From assembly GCA_038251425.1 (NCBI GenBank), contig JBBSBI010000001.1, positions 11,585 to 75,584 on the forward strand: 64,000 nt of DNA, given 5' to 3'. Positions 18,564 through 28,232 of the stretch are shown in pieces. The DNA is from Polyangiales bacterium (lineage in GTDB: Bacteria; Myxococcota_A; Polyangia; Polyangiales; Polyangiaceae). Position numbers and translations under genes: made by a program. The notes below the pieces were generated by a model that saw nothing but the letters and a program-made list of their open reading frames with translations, made no database searches and was not told where the DNA came from. Every line of letters begins with the position of its first letter. Position 1 is the stretch's first letter.

Positions 18564-20840
18564 TTAGGGAATATCACCCCATACAGTTAACGCCGCTCGG
18601 GTCTCGGGATCGAGCGACCAGGCTTCTGGTTTGTCGTCCCCGTGCAAGATCTGGAAAAGCTTCTTCTCGGCCAAAAGCGTGTCGAAGGTTTGGATCCACG
18701 TCGCGCGGGCCGCGTACGAGGCTGTGGAGAAGAGATCCTCCGTGCACGCCGGATCACTATCTAATCGGCACAAATGCGGCACTTTTCCAAACCTGCCCGC
18801 AAGCTGCCACGCCCCGGTACGTGTCATGTACGCATTCGCGCGAGTCGCCAACAGCGTCCGACCTTGTGGCGGCGCATACCCATGAACGATGGAGTAAAGG
18901 TCCAGACCTGTTGCATGAGGGAGCGCCCCGAGCCCCAGGGCTCCGGCGATCGTGACAGCAATATCTTGGGTGGTGACGAGCGACATGTCCTCAGCGCTGA
19001 CAGACCGCGCCCCCGGAAACTTGACGAGCAGCGGCACACTGAGGCGTGCTTCACTCAACTCCCCATCGGGTTCAAACGGCAGCGCAGGACGGCGTGCCGA
19101 GCCCACATCGCCCATGTAAACCAGCATGGAACTGTCGAAGAGCTCATGTTTCTTGAGAACTCCCAACAACTTCTTGGTCACCTGCAATTCGGCAGAAAAT
19201 GCGGTTTTCTGGAGTGCCAGCGTGCGCTCCCAGTCCTCGTCCTTCAGCTTCCTGCCGCGCCTTCGCAGGTCTCCGATCACGATCCCGCCGCGACGTGCAT
19301 CGATAGTGCCAGCGTATTCCTTAGGTCCCAATCGCTGTGCCTCGACGCGTGTGATGTCCCAAGGCGGATGGGTGCCGCGCGTGTAGATCACCAGCAGATG
19401 GGGACGTTTTTGAACTTCAAGGCTTTCACTTTCAAGCCAGGCGATCGCTCGACTCAGCACTTCGGTCGCTGGCAAATCGAGTACCGGAGAAGCCGTGAAG
19501 TATTCATCCCAGTCCCGCCCAAACCCAAAGGCACCAAAGGTCGTGGGCACCGCGGAAACGAAAGCAGCTCGCCCACCGGCAGCCTTGAGGGCGCGGGCCA
19601 GCGTCTGGATCCTTGGCATCAATCGCGATCCAGAGTCGACGACACCATGCACCCCGGGACTCAATCCAGAGAAGAGCGAAGCCAGGACTGCTGCCGGAAC
19701 GCGGCTTGGCACCCGATAATTGGGGAAGGCCACCGCAGCGTTAGAGAACTCGCGCAATAGCGTTGCTGGCTCTCCGGTGCCCCAAGGAGGCACGTCTTCG
19801 CGAGCGATCGAGGAGGCCACGAAGACGACGACCAGATTCGTTCTCGGCACCACAGCCTTCGGCTCTTCGGCGATGATTGGATCTCCAAACACCACGCGCC
19901 CATCCTCGGCGAACGTGGCTCCCAGTTCCAATAACCCAACGCCGGAGGTCTTTCGATCGAGTGTGACTTTCAGCGGCGCATAGCTTGCGCCGTTGCCTCC
20001 ATTCACCTGACGTTCCAGAAGAACTTGCGGCGGCTCCCCATCAAGCAACAGCCGCACCGCGGCCTTACCCCCACCTTTGCCCCAAAATCCTGCCGAAACG
20101 CGCAGCGTCGCTGAACCAGAGATGCTGATCGGGCAACGCACCGCTTGCTGGCTCTTCAGTGCGAGCACCCGGTGTGGCACACCACCCAGTGCGACCTCAG
20201 AAACGACATCACCGAAGGTTGGCGGATAGCTCCCGGGCGCGTCCTTCGCTCGCATCCGTATCCAATCCAGCTCACCGTACGCCGCTCCAGACTCACGCTG
20301 ACCACCCAGGAAACGAACTTCAAGGCTGTGCAGACCGATTTTCAACTCGGAAGAAACCGGCAGCGAGACCACCTTGCTCACTCCCTTCTCCAGCCGCGAC
20401 ACACCCAGGCGTTTCCCGTCGATCTGGATCGCGAGATTCTTTGCGCCTGCGCCGTAAGCTCTTGTCTCCACGCGCAAATCCGACTGCGGCTCGGTCACCC
20501 AAAAAGCGAATTTTGCCCCGGGCGCCATGAACTGCCCGAAGCTCTCGCCGCCCCGTTCTACCGAGCGAATGTCTTCGAAGGGCCCCAAGCTAAAACCGCG
20601 ACGCCAATCGGTGCCATCGAACCCCAAATCCAACACCATTCCGTCATCGCGAAGCTCGCAGCGCCCAAGCTGGGAAATCAGATCCACCTCCTCGCGCCGT
20701 GGCTCCACCGCGTTAGGCAAAGCTTGGACAGCCTTCCCTCCGACAGGCTCGCTCTTCTCCAACTCCCCACGCGGCTTGCAGCTCGATGGCAACACCGAGA
20801 GCACCACGAGCAGCCATCGAGCGGGAAAGCGTCGCAACAT
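18564..20840 (-). CDS. Sulfatase/alkaline-phosphatase-superfamily-like lipoprotein (function uncertain)
   Basis: An internal ATG gives MLRRFPARWLLVVLSVLPSSC (lipobox). The central region VVVFVASSIAREDVPPWG...NYRVPSRVPAAVLASLFSGLSPGVHG...LVIYTRGTHPPWD...YMGDVGS resembles the sulfatase fold order. Confidence 0.45.
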   Translation of the reverse strand: MLRRFPARWLLVVLSVLPSSCKPRGELEKSEPVGGKAVQALPNAVEPRREEVDLISQLGRCELRDDGMVLDLGFDGTDWRRGFSLGPFEDIRSVERGGESFGQFMAPGAKFAFWVTEPQSDLRVETRAYGAGAKNLAIQIDGKRLGVSRLEKGVSKVVSLPVSSELKIGLHSLEVRFLGGQRESGAAYGELDWIRMRAKDAPGSYPPTFGDVVSEVALGGVPHRVLALKSQQAVRCPISISGSATLRVSAGFWGKGGGKAAVRLLLDGEPPQVLLERQVNGGNGASYAPLKVTLDRKTSGVGLLELGATFAEDGRVVFGDPIIAEEPKAVVPRTNLVVVFVASSIAREDVPPWGTGEPATLLREFSNAAVAFPNYRVPSRVPAAVLASLFSGLSPGVHGVVDSGSRLMPRIQTLARALKAAGGRAAFVSAVPTTFGAFGFGRDWDEYFTASPVLDLPATEVLSRAIAWLESESLEVQKRPHLLVIYTRGTHPPWDITRVEAQRLGPKEYAGTIDARRGGIVIGDLRRRGRKLKDEDWERTLALQKTAFSAELQVTKKLLGVLKKHELFDSSMLVYMGDVGSARRPALPFEPDGELSEARLSVPLLVKFPGARSVSAEDMSLVTTQDIAVTIAGALGLGALPHATGLDLYSIVHGYAPPQGRTLLATRANAYMTRTGAWQLAGRFGKVPHLCRLDSDPACTEDLFSTASYAARATWIQTFDTLLAEKKLFQILHGDDKPEAWSLDPETRAALTVWGDIP

Positions 20841-20941
20841 CGCCCCCGGCCTTAGCCCAGAATCGCGGACAAAGCAGGCGTCGATTGTCCGCGTCAGGTG
20901 CGTGGCTTCACGACTACCAAGCCGACGATGATCGTTTCTGC

Positions 20942-22078
20942 TTATTGCGGCGTCGTTTCCGGTGCGCTTGAGAGCTCCCCCCGAACCAAACGCCCATCCG
21001 AATCGTAACACGCGAGCTCCAGGCCGACACGCCGCAGCACCGCTTGCTTCTCATGAAAAGGCTGAAAACTCGACTTGAAGCCCGCCAAAATCATGCTTTT
21101 GATGTCCTCAAACGGCATGCCCATGCGCGTGTGCGCTAGCCACAATTCCTTGGAGACGGTGGTGTCGGTGATCAATCGATTGTCCGTGTTCACGGTGACG
21201 CGCAGACCAAGATCGAAGTAAAACTTGAGCGGGTGACTCGCAAGATCGCGCACGGCTCCCGTCTGCACATTGCTGGAAGGGCAGCATTCTAGCGGGATGC
21301 GGTGATCATTGATGTAGTGCAGCAGATCTCCGTTTTCGCGCAGGCGACAACCGTGCCCGATACGATGTGCTCCGCAAACGTGAATAGCTTGAGCGATCGA
21401 TTCGGGTCCGTACGCTTCGCCCGCGTGAATCGTGCAATTGATGTTGTTGTCGCGCACCAGCTGGAACGCCTCTTTGTGATGCTTGGCGGGGTTGTCGGCT
21501 TCTGCGCCAGCAAGGTCGAAACCCACCACACCACGCCCCTTGTAGGCCACCGCCAATTCGGCCATCTCATACGAGGATTCGGGCGAAATATTGCGGATCC
21601 CGCAGATGATCACGTTCGCTTTGATGCCGTACGTTTCGCGCGCTCGGCGCAAGCCCGAAAGCACCGCTTCCACAACTTTGGTGAGCTTCAGGCCGCGCTC
21701 GGTGTGCAGCATCGGCGCGTAACGCACTTCCATGTAGCGAACATTCTCGCGGTGCGCATCTTCCGCGAGTTCAAATGCGATACGCTCCAACGACGCTTCT
21801 GTCTGCATCACACGGAGGGTGATGTTGAAGCCACGTAAATACTCAACGAGTGACCCACAATTTTTCCCCGCCCCGATCGCTTCGCGCAAGCCTTCGACGT
21901 CGAAAGAGGGCAATTCCACATTCTCTTGGCGTGCGAGCTCAATGATGGTTTCGACGCGCAGCGAGCCGTCTAAATGCACGTGCAGATCCGCCTTCGGCAA
22001 CGCTTCGAACACTTCAAACGGGACCCGTTCAAAAGAGGCTGGATGGGACGCGGCAGAGCTGGTTCGTGGGGAGGCCAT
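20942..22078 (-). CDS. add: Adenosine deaminase
   Basis: LPKADLHVHLDGSLR, HAGE and DD-type metal/active-site motifs in the usual order. Length 378 aa. Confidence 0.9.
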   Translation of the reverse strand: MASPRTSSAASHPASFERVPFEVFEALPKADLHVHLDGSLRVETIIELARQENVELPSFDVEGLREAIGAGKNCGSLVEYLRGFNITLRVMQTEASLERIAFELAEDAHRENVRYMEVRYAPMLHTERGLKLTKVVEAVLSGLRRARETYGIKANVIICGIRNISPESSYEMAELAVAYKGRGVVGFDLAGAEADNPAKHHKEAFQLVRDNNINCTIHAGEAYGPESIAQAIHVCGAHRIGHGCRLRENGDLLHYINDHRIPLECCPSSNVQTGAVRDLASHPLKFYFDLGLRVTVNTDNRLITDTTVSKELWLAHTRMGMPFEDIKSMILAGFKSSFQPFHEKQAVLRRVGLELACYDSDGRLVRGELSSAPETTPQ

Positions 22079-22158
22079 CGATCCAGGGTAGCGCGCCCCG
22101 GGGCCTTGCGCCGCTCCAACATCGAGCCCGCGACACGCTTCAATAGCCGTCCGCTCTG

Positions 22159-23289
22159 CTACGCCTTTCTTCGCCCCAGAAACGCAATTGCTAGCAGCGA
22201 GAGCAGTGAAATGGCGGAAAACTCAGCCGGCGAGAGCCCCTGACTGCCCTCGCCGAGTTCCGCGCGCCGGATCGCGTCTTCGTAGAGTTCAAGCGACGCC
22301 ACACCCGAGTTTTGCCAGGCCCCAATGTAGGTGCTCGGCAAGCCCTGCAACTTTGCCTTATCGAAGAGATCTCGGGTGGCCTCTAGCTTTGCGGCCGCTG
22401 CTTTGCCCGCCACACAGGCATCGAAGGCCCCGGCATTCATTCCCAAGCTAACGGCACGTGCCTTGATAGCCGCAGCCGAAAGATCCTCCGTCGTGAACAG
22501 GAAGTCAGAGAATGCCTCCGCCACAGAATCCTCGACGCAAAGCGCGGAAAGTGCGGCATATTTGGCGTGTGGGTGCTGGGCGAGCGCGATCGGGCGCCGC
22601 ACAATCACAACCTTTCCACCGGCCTGTTTGACAAGCGGCGCGAGAACTTCATGCAAGTGCCGACAGTGCGGGCACTCGAAATCCACGAACTCTACAATCG
22701 TCACCTTGCCAGGCACGTAGAGCGCAGCAATCTCGGGCGGCACGGGCGGCTGCAGCTTCACTTTAGGCCACGCGAGCGGCACCACCGAGAGCATGATCGC
22801 CAACAGGCACTGGGCCCAAGCCGCGAGCCGATATCCCCGAAAGCTCGACTCCAACTGAACGGCATCCGGTGAAAAATAGAGACCAAGCACCACCCCCGCC
22901 GCGAGCACGGCGCTGAAATCGGCGACCAAGCACCAAACGCAAAACCTGTGAATCACGAACGCTTGCACGGCGATCAGGGCAAGCCCGACGAGACCGCCGA
23001 ACACCGCCACCGGAGCCACGAAACGTCGCCGCTTTTCGGCGTTGTTGATGAGCGTGCCAGCGAACAAGAGAGCGAAGCCAAGCAGCCCCAAGCTGGGCAA
23101 GGGCACCTTCACGCCCGAAACCGCGAGGTAGCCAAAGCCGCTTTGCCGAACGGCCGCGCACCCCGAATTCTCGGCGCAATACGTCGCCACGTCGTTCACG
23201 TAGTCTGCCGTGAGCACAGCGCTGGCAACGAGCGCACCGAGCGCCAACAGCCGAACCCAAAGCCAACCCTGTCGAGCTAACACAGGCAA
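22159..23289 (-). CDS. VKOR-family membrane oxidoreductase fused to a DsbA/thioredoxin-like domain
   Basis: Loop cysteines CAENSGC. TM CxxC (FCVWCLV). C-terminal FVDFECPHCRHL thioredoxin-fold CxxC. Confidence 0.8.
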   Translation of the reverse strand: MPVLARQGWLWVRLLALGALVASAVLTADYVNDVATYCAENSGCAAVRQSGFGYLAVSGVKVPLPSLGLLGFALLFAGTLINNAEKRRRFVAPVAVFGGLVGLALIAVQAFVIHRFCVWCLVADFSAVLAAGVVLGLYFSPDAVQLESSFRGYRLAAWAQCLLAIMLSVVPLAWPKVKLQPPVPPEIAALYVPGKVTIVEFVDFECPHCRHLHEVLAPLVKQAGGKVVIVRRPIALAQHPHAKYAALSALCVEDSVAEAFSDFLFTTEDLSAAAIKARAVSLGMNAGAFDACVAGKAAAAKLEATRDLFDKAKLQGLPSTYIGAWQNSGVASLELYEDAIRRAELGEGSQGLSPAEFSAISLLSLLAIAFLGRRKA

Positions 23290-23390
23290 CTGGCGTAGCA
23301 GATTTTTGGACTCCGAACCGCGTGCCCTTTCGTCTTAAAGGGCTATCCGAACGGCAAACGGTGGCTTTGCTCAACCATTCGCGCTAGAAC

Positions 23391-25913
23391 TTGAGTTACT
23401 TGAAGAAGAATTTTCGTGAGGGCAAAAAGACGGCACGGTTCCCAACCAACGCCGTCGGAGCCCAGCAATCCCGCCCGCAAAAAGCCACACCGCCGCGAAA
23501 GCGAGCAGCCGATCCGCCACATGCCGCGCGCCTCACGCCCGCCGCGTCGCAGCAAGCTCGACTGACACCTAGCCTCTCGCCGGGTTCGCGCCGACAAGGC
23601 CGGCTGGCCATGAATCCTCGAGGCTTCGGCTTCGTGGCCACGGGCGATCAGGAAGACGTGTTTATTTCGCCCGGCGAGGTAGGCCCCGCACTCCACGGGG
23701 ACATTGTCGAAGTCGAGGTGCTCGGGCGAAGCAGCCGTGGCCTGGATGGCAGGATCGCAGAGATCGTGCAGCGGCGCCGCCCGGAAGTGGCGGGAACACT
23801 GCGCCGGCGCGGCAAGAGCGCCTGGCTTGAGCCCGACGATGGCCGCATCCGCGGGCCGATCGTGCTCTGGGCAAAAGGGTTAACTGGTAAAGACGGCGAC
23901 GCCGCCGTGGTGCGCATCGAGAGTTTCCCCAACTATGCAGACGAGAACCCGGAGGGAACTCTGGTTGCCGTCCTCGGAGAGCCCGGCGATCCCAAGGCAG
24001 AAGTTGCCAAGATCTTGGTGCGCGAACAGGTTGAGGAAGAACACTCGGAGGATGCACATGCCGAGGCGCGGAAGCTCTCGGAAGAGCTAGCGCGGCAATC
24101 CCACCAAAATCGCCGAGATCTGCGCCAAATCCCGCTCCCCACCATCGATCCAAAAGATGCACGCGATCACGACGACGCGCTGTGGGCGGAGGCGACGCCC
24201 GAAGGCTATCGCGTGTGGATCGCCATAGCGGATGTCAGCGAGTACGTGCGGCCCGGGTCGGCCCTGGATGCTGAGGCATCGCTGCGTGGCTGCACCATCT
24301 ATTTGCCCGATCGAGCCATCCCCATGTTGCCGCGGGAATTGGCGGGCGATGCCTGTTCACTGTTGCCCGATGTGGAGCGCCTGTGCCTCGCCGTGGTGGC
24401 GGATCTGGATCGACAGGGGAAAGTCACCAGCTTCGAAGTGGTGGAAGGGCAAATGCGCTCCGCCGCCAAGTTAACTTACGATGGTGTTGCGCGGACGCTG
24501 GGCTTGACGCTGCATGGCCCGCTCGATGCCTGCGCCGAGGCCCTCAAGCCTGGGCTCGCTGTCCTGTATGAACTTTCGCAAAAGCTGCGTAAAATGCGCT
24601 TTCTGCGCGGGGCCCTCGGGCTCGATCTGCCGGAGGCCCAAGTGATCTTGGATGAGACGTCCAAGGTGCCGCTCGATGTGGTGCGTCGCGCCCAAGATCC
24701 AGGCGTTAAGATTGCGTACACGATCGTTGAGGAATTCATGCTGCTGGCGAATGAGCTGGTGGCGCGCTTTCTGGGTGAGCGAAAGTGCCCGGCGATTTAC
24801 CGAGTGCATGCCAAGCCCGACGAAGAGAAGCTGGAACGCCTGGGCCTGATCGCGGAAGTGCTGGGTGTAAAGTTCGACATGGAGACGATGCGCACGCCAT
24901 TTGGTGTGAGCCAATGGCTGCTGCAAGTGCAGACCCATGAGCGCCGTTCCGTGCTTGAGATGGCGTTGCTGCGAAGCCTGAAGCAGGCGGCGTATGACAC
25001 CGTCAACGTGGGCCACTTTGGCCTGGCTTCCGACAGTTATCTGCATTTTACCTCACCAATTCGCCGCTATCCGGACCTCTTGGTGCACCGCACCGTCAAA
25101 CAATTGCTGCGCGGCAAACCTCCGAATACTTCCGACGAAGCGATCGCTGCCCTCAAGCTTTCGGCTGGGCTTTCGAGCACACGCGAACGCGCCGCGATGG
25201 ACATCGAACGCGAGGTGGTCGATTTGTATCGAGCCCTGTTCATGCGCGATAAAGTCGGCGAGGTGTTCGAAGGCACCGTCACAGCTGTCGTGGGAAGCGG
25301 GGTTTACGTCACGTTGAAGGCCGTGTTCGTAGATGTGCTGATGCGTTACGAATCGATCGGCCCTGACCACTACGAACTCGACGAGCATGAGCTCTCGGTT
25401 GTCGGTGCTCGCTCCGGAGATCGCGTTGCACTCGGTGATACGCTGCACGTGGTCATCGAAGATGTGGCGTTGATGCGCAGAGCCGTGTTCGCACGGCGTG
25501 TGCTGCCTGAAGGTCTTTTGGAGAAAATGCAGCAGGATTTCCCACAGAATCCCGATAGTGGGCGCGGAAGCCGCCCGAATAGGGACACACGCGGGCGCTC
25601 GGCTCCGGACGCAAAACGGGGAGATGCTAGGGAGCAGAGGCGAGGCGGTCGGCGCGACGAAAGCAGCCGCCAGCGTCCCGATCGCAGGCCGGATGCAGCG
25701 CTACCAGGTGGACGTTCAGTCAGCCCGTCAGAGTCCCCGCGCGGACGCAGCGCACCCAAACCGGCGAAGCCCGGTATCTCGCCTCGAACCGACGCGACGC
25801 TACGCGGCCCTAAACCCAAAGCTAGTGGAGGCAGGCCAGCCTCTGGGCGGGGAGGGGCACCGGCTAAGCCTGGCGCACGTGGCGGCCTAACGCGCAAGAA
25901 CAAACCAAAGTGA
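23391..25913 (+). CDS. rnr: Ribonuclease R
   Basis: Cold-shock-like GRLAMNPRGFGFV. RNB catalytic region (DPKDARDHDDALW). S1 domain. Lys/Arg-rich C-terminal tail. The N-terminal start is uncertain (alternative ATG at 23610). Confidence 0.9.
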   Translation: MSYLKKNFREGKKTARFPTNAVGAQQSRPQKATPPRKRAADPPHAARLTPAASQQARLTPSLSPGSRRQGRLAMNPRGFGFVATGDQEDVFISPGEVGPALHGDIVEVEVLGRSSRGLDGRIAEIVQRRRPEVAGTLRRRGKSAWLEPDDGRIRGPIVLWAKGLTGKDGDAAVVRIESFPNYADENPEGTLVAVLGEPGDPKAEVAKILVREQVEEEHSEDAHAEARKLSEELARQSHQNRRDLRQIPLPTIDPKDARDHDDALWAEATPEGYRVWIAIADVSEYVRPGSALDAEASLRGCTIYLPDRAIPMLPRELAGDACSLLPDVERLCLAVVADLDRQGKVTSFEVVEGQMRSAAKLTYDGVARTLGLTLHGPLDACAEALKPGLAVLYELSQKLRKMRFLRGALGLDLPEAQVILDETSKVPLDVVRRAQDPGVKIAYTIVEEFMLLANELVARFLGERKCPAIYRVHAKPDEEKLERLGLIAEVLGVKFDMETMRTPFGVSQWLLQVQTHERRSVLEMALLRSLKQAAYDTVNVGHFGLASDSYLHFTSPIRRYPDLLVHRTVKQLLRGKPPNTSDEAIAALKLSAGLSSTRERAAMDIEREVVDLYRALFMRDKVGEVFEGTVTAVVGSGVYVTLKAVFVDVLMRYESIGPDHYELDEHELSVVGARSGDRVALGDTLHVVIEDVALMRRAVFARRVLPEGLLEKMQQDFPQNPDSGRGSRPNRDTRGRSAPDAKRGDAREQRRGGRRDESSRQRPDRRPDAALPGGRSVSPSESPRGRSAPKPAKPGISPRTDATLRGPKPKASGGRPASGRGGAPAKPGARGGLTRKNKPK

Positions 25914-26209
25914 TTTCACCAACCGCACTGGCGAGCGTGAAGTCCGCGAACGAGGGCTATCGGGTACGAAAGCTGCTCGCTGAAACGGGTCGCGCGACCA
26001 CCCTGGAGCTCTTGGATGCCGAAACGGAGCTGCTCAGGGCAAGCTTGGGGCTAGTCGCTGCCAGAATCGATACTCGAGCCGCAAGGGCGCACCTGCTGCA
26101 CGCTCTCGGGCGTGATGCCGGTCAAAGGGCTGCCGGAGTGTCCCCAATCCGTGATTCAGGGCTCTCTCCCTTTTATTTGCGTGATTTTCGATGCTTGACG
26201 ACGCCCTGA
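25910..26209 (+). pseudogene. Possible remnant of the C-terminus of a TolC-family outer-membrane efflux protein
   Basis: ATTLELLDAETELLRASLGLVAARIDTRAARAHLLHALG matches the last helical repeat of TolC/OprM-type proteins. No upstream body exists because the rnr stop overlaps the ORF start. Confidence 0.35.
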
Positions 26210-26230
26210 GGAGCATGCGACCTATGCCGC

Positions 26231-27064
26231 ATGCATAGGTGGTCCGTTGTTGCTGCACTCACGGTCTGGGGCTTCATGGGGTGCGTCGATCGCCCCATCG
26301 ATCCGAAAGCGCCGGCCGCGTGCCGCGAGCTGATTCGCAAGAAGTGTGAGCGCACTGTGCAATGTTACAAAGAGCGTCTCGCTGAGTACCCCGATGCGCG
26401 GCTCAAAGCGAACATCACGAACGAGATCGTCGCCACCGTGGAGGGCTGCATCAAAGACGAGCAATTCGGTCTAAAGGTGGACAAGTGTGACCGTGCGGTA
26501 GTGGTCGCCCCGCCTCAGTATGCTGAGTGCATGGATCAAATCGAGAAGGGTACGTGCGACAAGTTCGTCTATGTGGAGTATATTCCGCCGCCTTACATGG
26601 CGACCAAGCAGCCGACGTGCGTAACGCCAGCCGGCGGCGCGGCGGGCGCGGCGGGCGCGGCGGGCGCGGCGGGCGCGGCGGGCGCGGCGGGCGCGGGACA
26701 AGGTGGCACCGGTGGCACGGGACAAGGTGGCACCGGTGGCACGGGACAAGGTGGCACCGGTGGCGGGGCGCCAATGGACAAGTGCACGGGCAACTTCGAG
26801 CCGCTGCCGATGCCCATGACGCCAAGCGGTATGGCGGGTAATGGTGGTATGTCCGGCAACGGTGGTATGTCCGGCAACGGCGGGTTATCTCCTGAGGAAG
26901 CTGCACTCGCCGCCAAGTACCCGGTCGACCCAGTCCGCGTCTGCAACAAGGCATGCCTTCAGACGGTCGACGGCATGCCAGGTATTCCCTACGACATCGC
27001 TAGATTCGCGCTGGCTTCAAAGGCGGCCCCTGCCGCTTGCGCTCCCGCCGTAGGCTTCAAGTAA
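26231..27064 (+). CDS. Cys-rich lipoprotein with a Gly/Ala/Thr/Ser tandem-repeat linker
   Basis: Lipobox GFMGC. Multiple Cys in the N-domain. (GAA)6, (GQGGTGGT)3 and (GMSGNG)2 peptide repeats. Confidence 0.65.
   Translation: MHRWSVVAALTVWGFMGCVDRPIDPKAPAACRELIRKKCERTVQCYKERLAEYPDARLKANITNEIVATVEGCIKDEQFGLKVDKCDRAVVVAPPQYAECMDQIEKGTCDKFVYVEYIPPPYMATKQPTCVTPAGGAAGAAGAAGAAGAAGAAGAGQGGTGGTGQGGTGGTGQGGTGGGAPMDKCTGNFEPLPMPMTPSGMAGNGGMSGNGGMSGNGGLSPEEAALAAKYPVDPVRVCNKACLQTVDGMPGIPYDIARFALASKAAPAACAPAVGFK
26633..26878 (+). repeat. In-frame tandem DNA repeats inside the lipoprotein gene: 9-bp GGCGGGCGC x6 (26641-26694), 24-bp unit x about 2.9 (26695-26764), 18-bp unit x2 (26843-26878)
   Basis: Units counted base by base. 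All unit lengths are multiples of 3. Confidence 0.9.
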
Positions 27065-27068
27065 CGGC

Positions 27069-28232
27069 TCAGGGCAGCCGCAAAACCTCAGCCGGAATTC
27101 CCCCGACTTGAGTGGAGAAGAGGACTCGCCAGGCGTGGGGCGAGCGCGCCCGGTAACGTGGGTAACCTGTAATGATCACGGCAGGTCGTAGGTCCAGCCG
27201 ACGCTCGAGCAAGCCATCCAAGCGCTGATACAAATCCTCAACGTTTGAACCGAGCCGAACTCCGTACGGGGGATTGCTGAGGATGGCGGTCCCGCTGGGA
27301 ACGCGCTCGGCCATTTGCTCAAAATCGAGTCCGGCGAGCTCTGCCGCAGATTGATAGCCAATATGCGCTAAATTCTCGCGGGCTGCGTTGAGCGCATGGG
27401 CCTGAATATCGTCGCCCCAAGCCACAATCTCCGCCGGACGAGGCAACGCTTGCCCACGATCCTCGGCGCTCCGCTTCTTCGCCAGCCAAGCATCGAGGCG
27501 CGCGCGATACGCCGGCCAACTCTCAAACGCAAACGAGCGACGAGCTCCTGGCAGATGGCCAGCCTTCGCCAGAAGCCATTCGATCAGCAGCGCTCCGCTG
27601 CCGCAGAACGGATCCCAGACTCGCTCCACAGGTCCCAAAGCCCGCACCAGGCCCGCCGCGAGCGTCTCACGCAGTGGGGCGACAGAAACATGGCGGCGCT
27701 CGCCTCGACGGTGCAGCAGCTCCCCGGATGCGTCTACGCTCACTTGAACCCGATCGTCCACAATTCGTATAAAAACGGCTTGTTCTGCGGCCTTTTTTGG
27801 TACGCTCAGCAACTTCTGTTTGAGCCGCTGTTCCAGAACGTTGAGGCAACGCTCCCGAACCGCGTCTGAGTGGTAGAGCCGTGATTTTTGGCAGCTAACG
27901 CTGACATGCACGCGCTCAGCGTTTCCCAAATACGCGTGCCACGGCAACCGTGACAGGCCTTCTACGAGCGTCGCAAAATCGCGCGCCATGAACGGCTTCA
28001 AGCGCAACCGCATCGATTCCGCAATCCGCGACTGGAGATGAATCACCTCCACCACCTCGAACCCGCCAACCAACTCAACCCCGCCGACAACCGGACGTGG
28101 ATTAACTCCAAGCTCCCGGAGCTCCTCACACAGGAGCCCTTCAAATCCCAGCGCCGTCGCGCAAAACAGCTGAAATCGACTGGGGTCAGCCGTCGTTCCC
28201 GGGCTTATTTCGGACATTCTCGCGGGGCTCAC
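27069..28232 (-). CDS. THUMP-domain class I SAM-dependent RNA methyltransferase (COG0116/RlmL-like)
   Basis: THUMP-like N-half. SAM motif [14 protein letters not shown]. Catalytic [12 protein letters not shown] overlap with the serS stop. Confidence 0.8.
   Translation of the reverse strand: MSPARMSEISPGTTADPSRFQLFCATALGFEGLLCEELRELGVNPRPVVGGVELVGGFEVVEVIHLQSRIAESMRLRLKPFMARDFATLVEGLSRLPWHAYLGNAERVHVSVSCQKSRLYHSDAVRERCLNVLEQRLKQKLLSVPKKAAEQAVFIRIVDDRVQVSVDASGELLHRRGERRHVSVAPLRETLAAGLVRALGPVERVWDPFCGSGALLIEWLLAKAGHLPGARRSFAFESWPAYRARLDAWLAKKRSAEDRGQALPRPAEIVAWGDDIQAHALNAARENLAHIGYQSAAELAGLDFEQMAERVPSGTAILSNPPYGVRLGSNVEDLYQRLDGLLERRLDLRPAVIITGYPRYRARSPHAWRVLFSTQVGGIPAEVLRLP

Noticed and set aside
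19297-19311. Minus-strand TGGCAC-TATCG-ATGC
   Set aside because: It is located deep inside the sulfatase-like coding sequence, its -12 element is imperfect, and no downstream gene start exists.
18774-19760. 328-aa plus-strand ORF (and 20145-20855, 236 aa)
   Set aside because: It is antisense to the sulfatase-like gene. Its composition is Arg-rich junk with no start context.
23324-23343. Hairpin GCCCTTT-CGTCTT-AAAGGGC between the divergent VKOR and rnr genes
   Set aside because: It is a short stem in a divergent promoter region with no terminator role possible. On its own it is not distinguishable from chance.
26633-26878. Regularly spaced short repeats that could be mistaken for a CRISPR array
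   Set aside because: The repeats are contiguous tandem units of 9, 24 and 18 bp with no spacers. All are in frame within a lipoprotein gene and encode Gly/Ala-rich peptide repeats.
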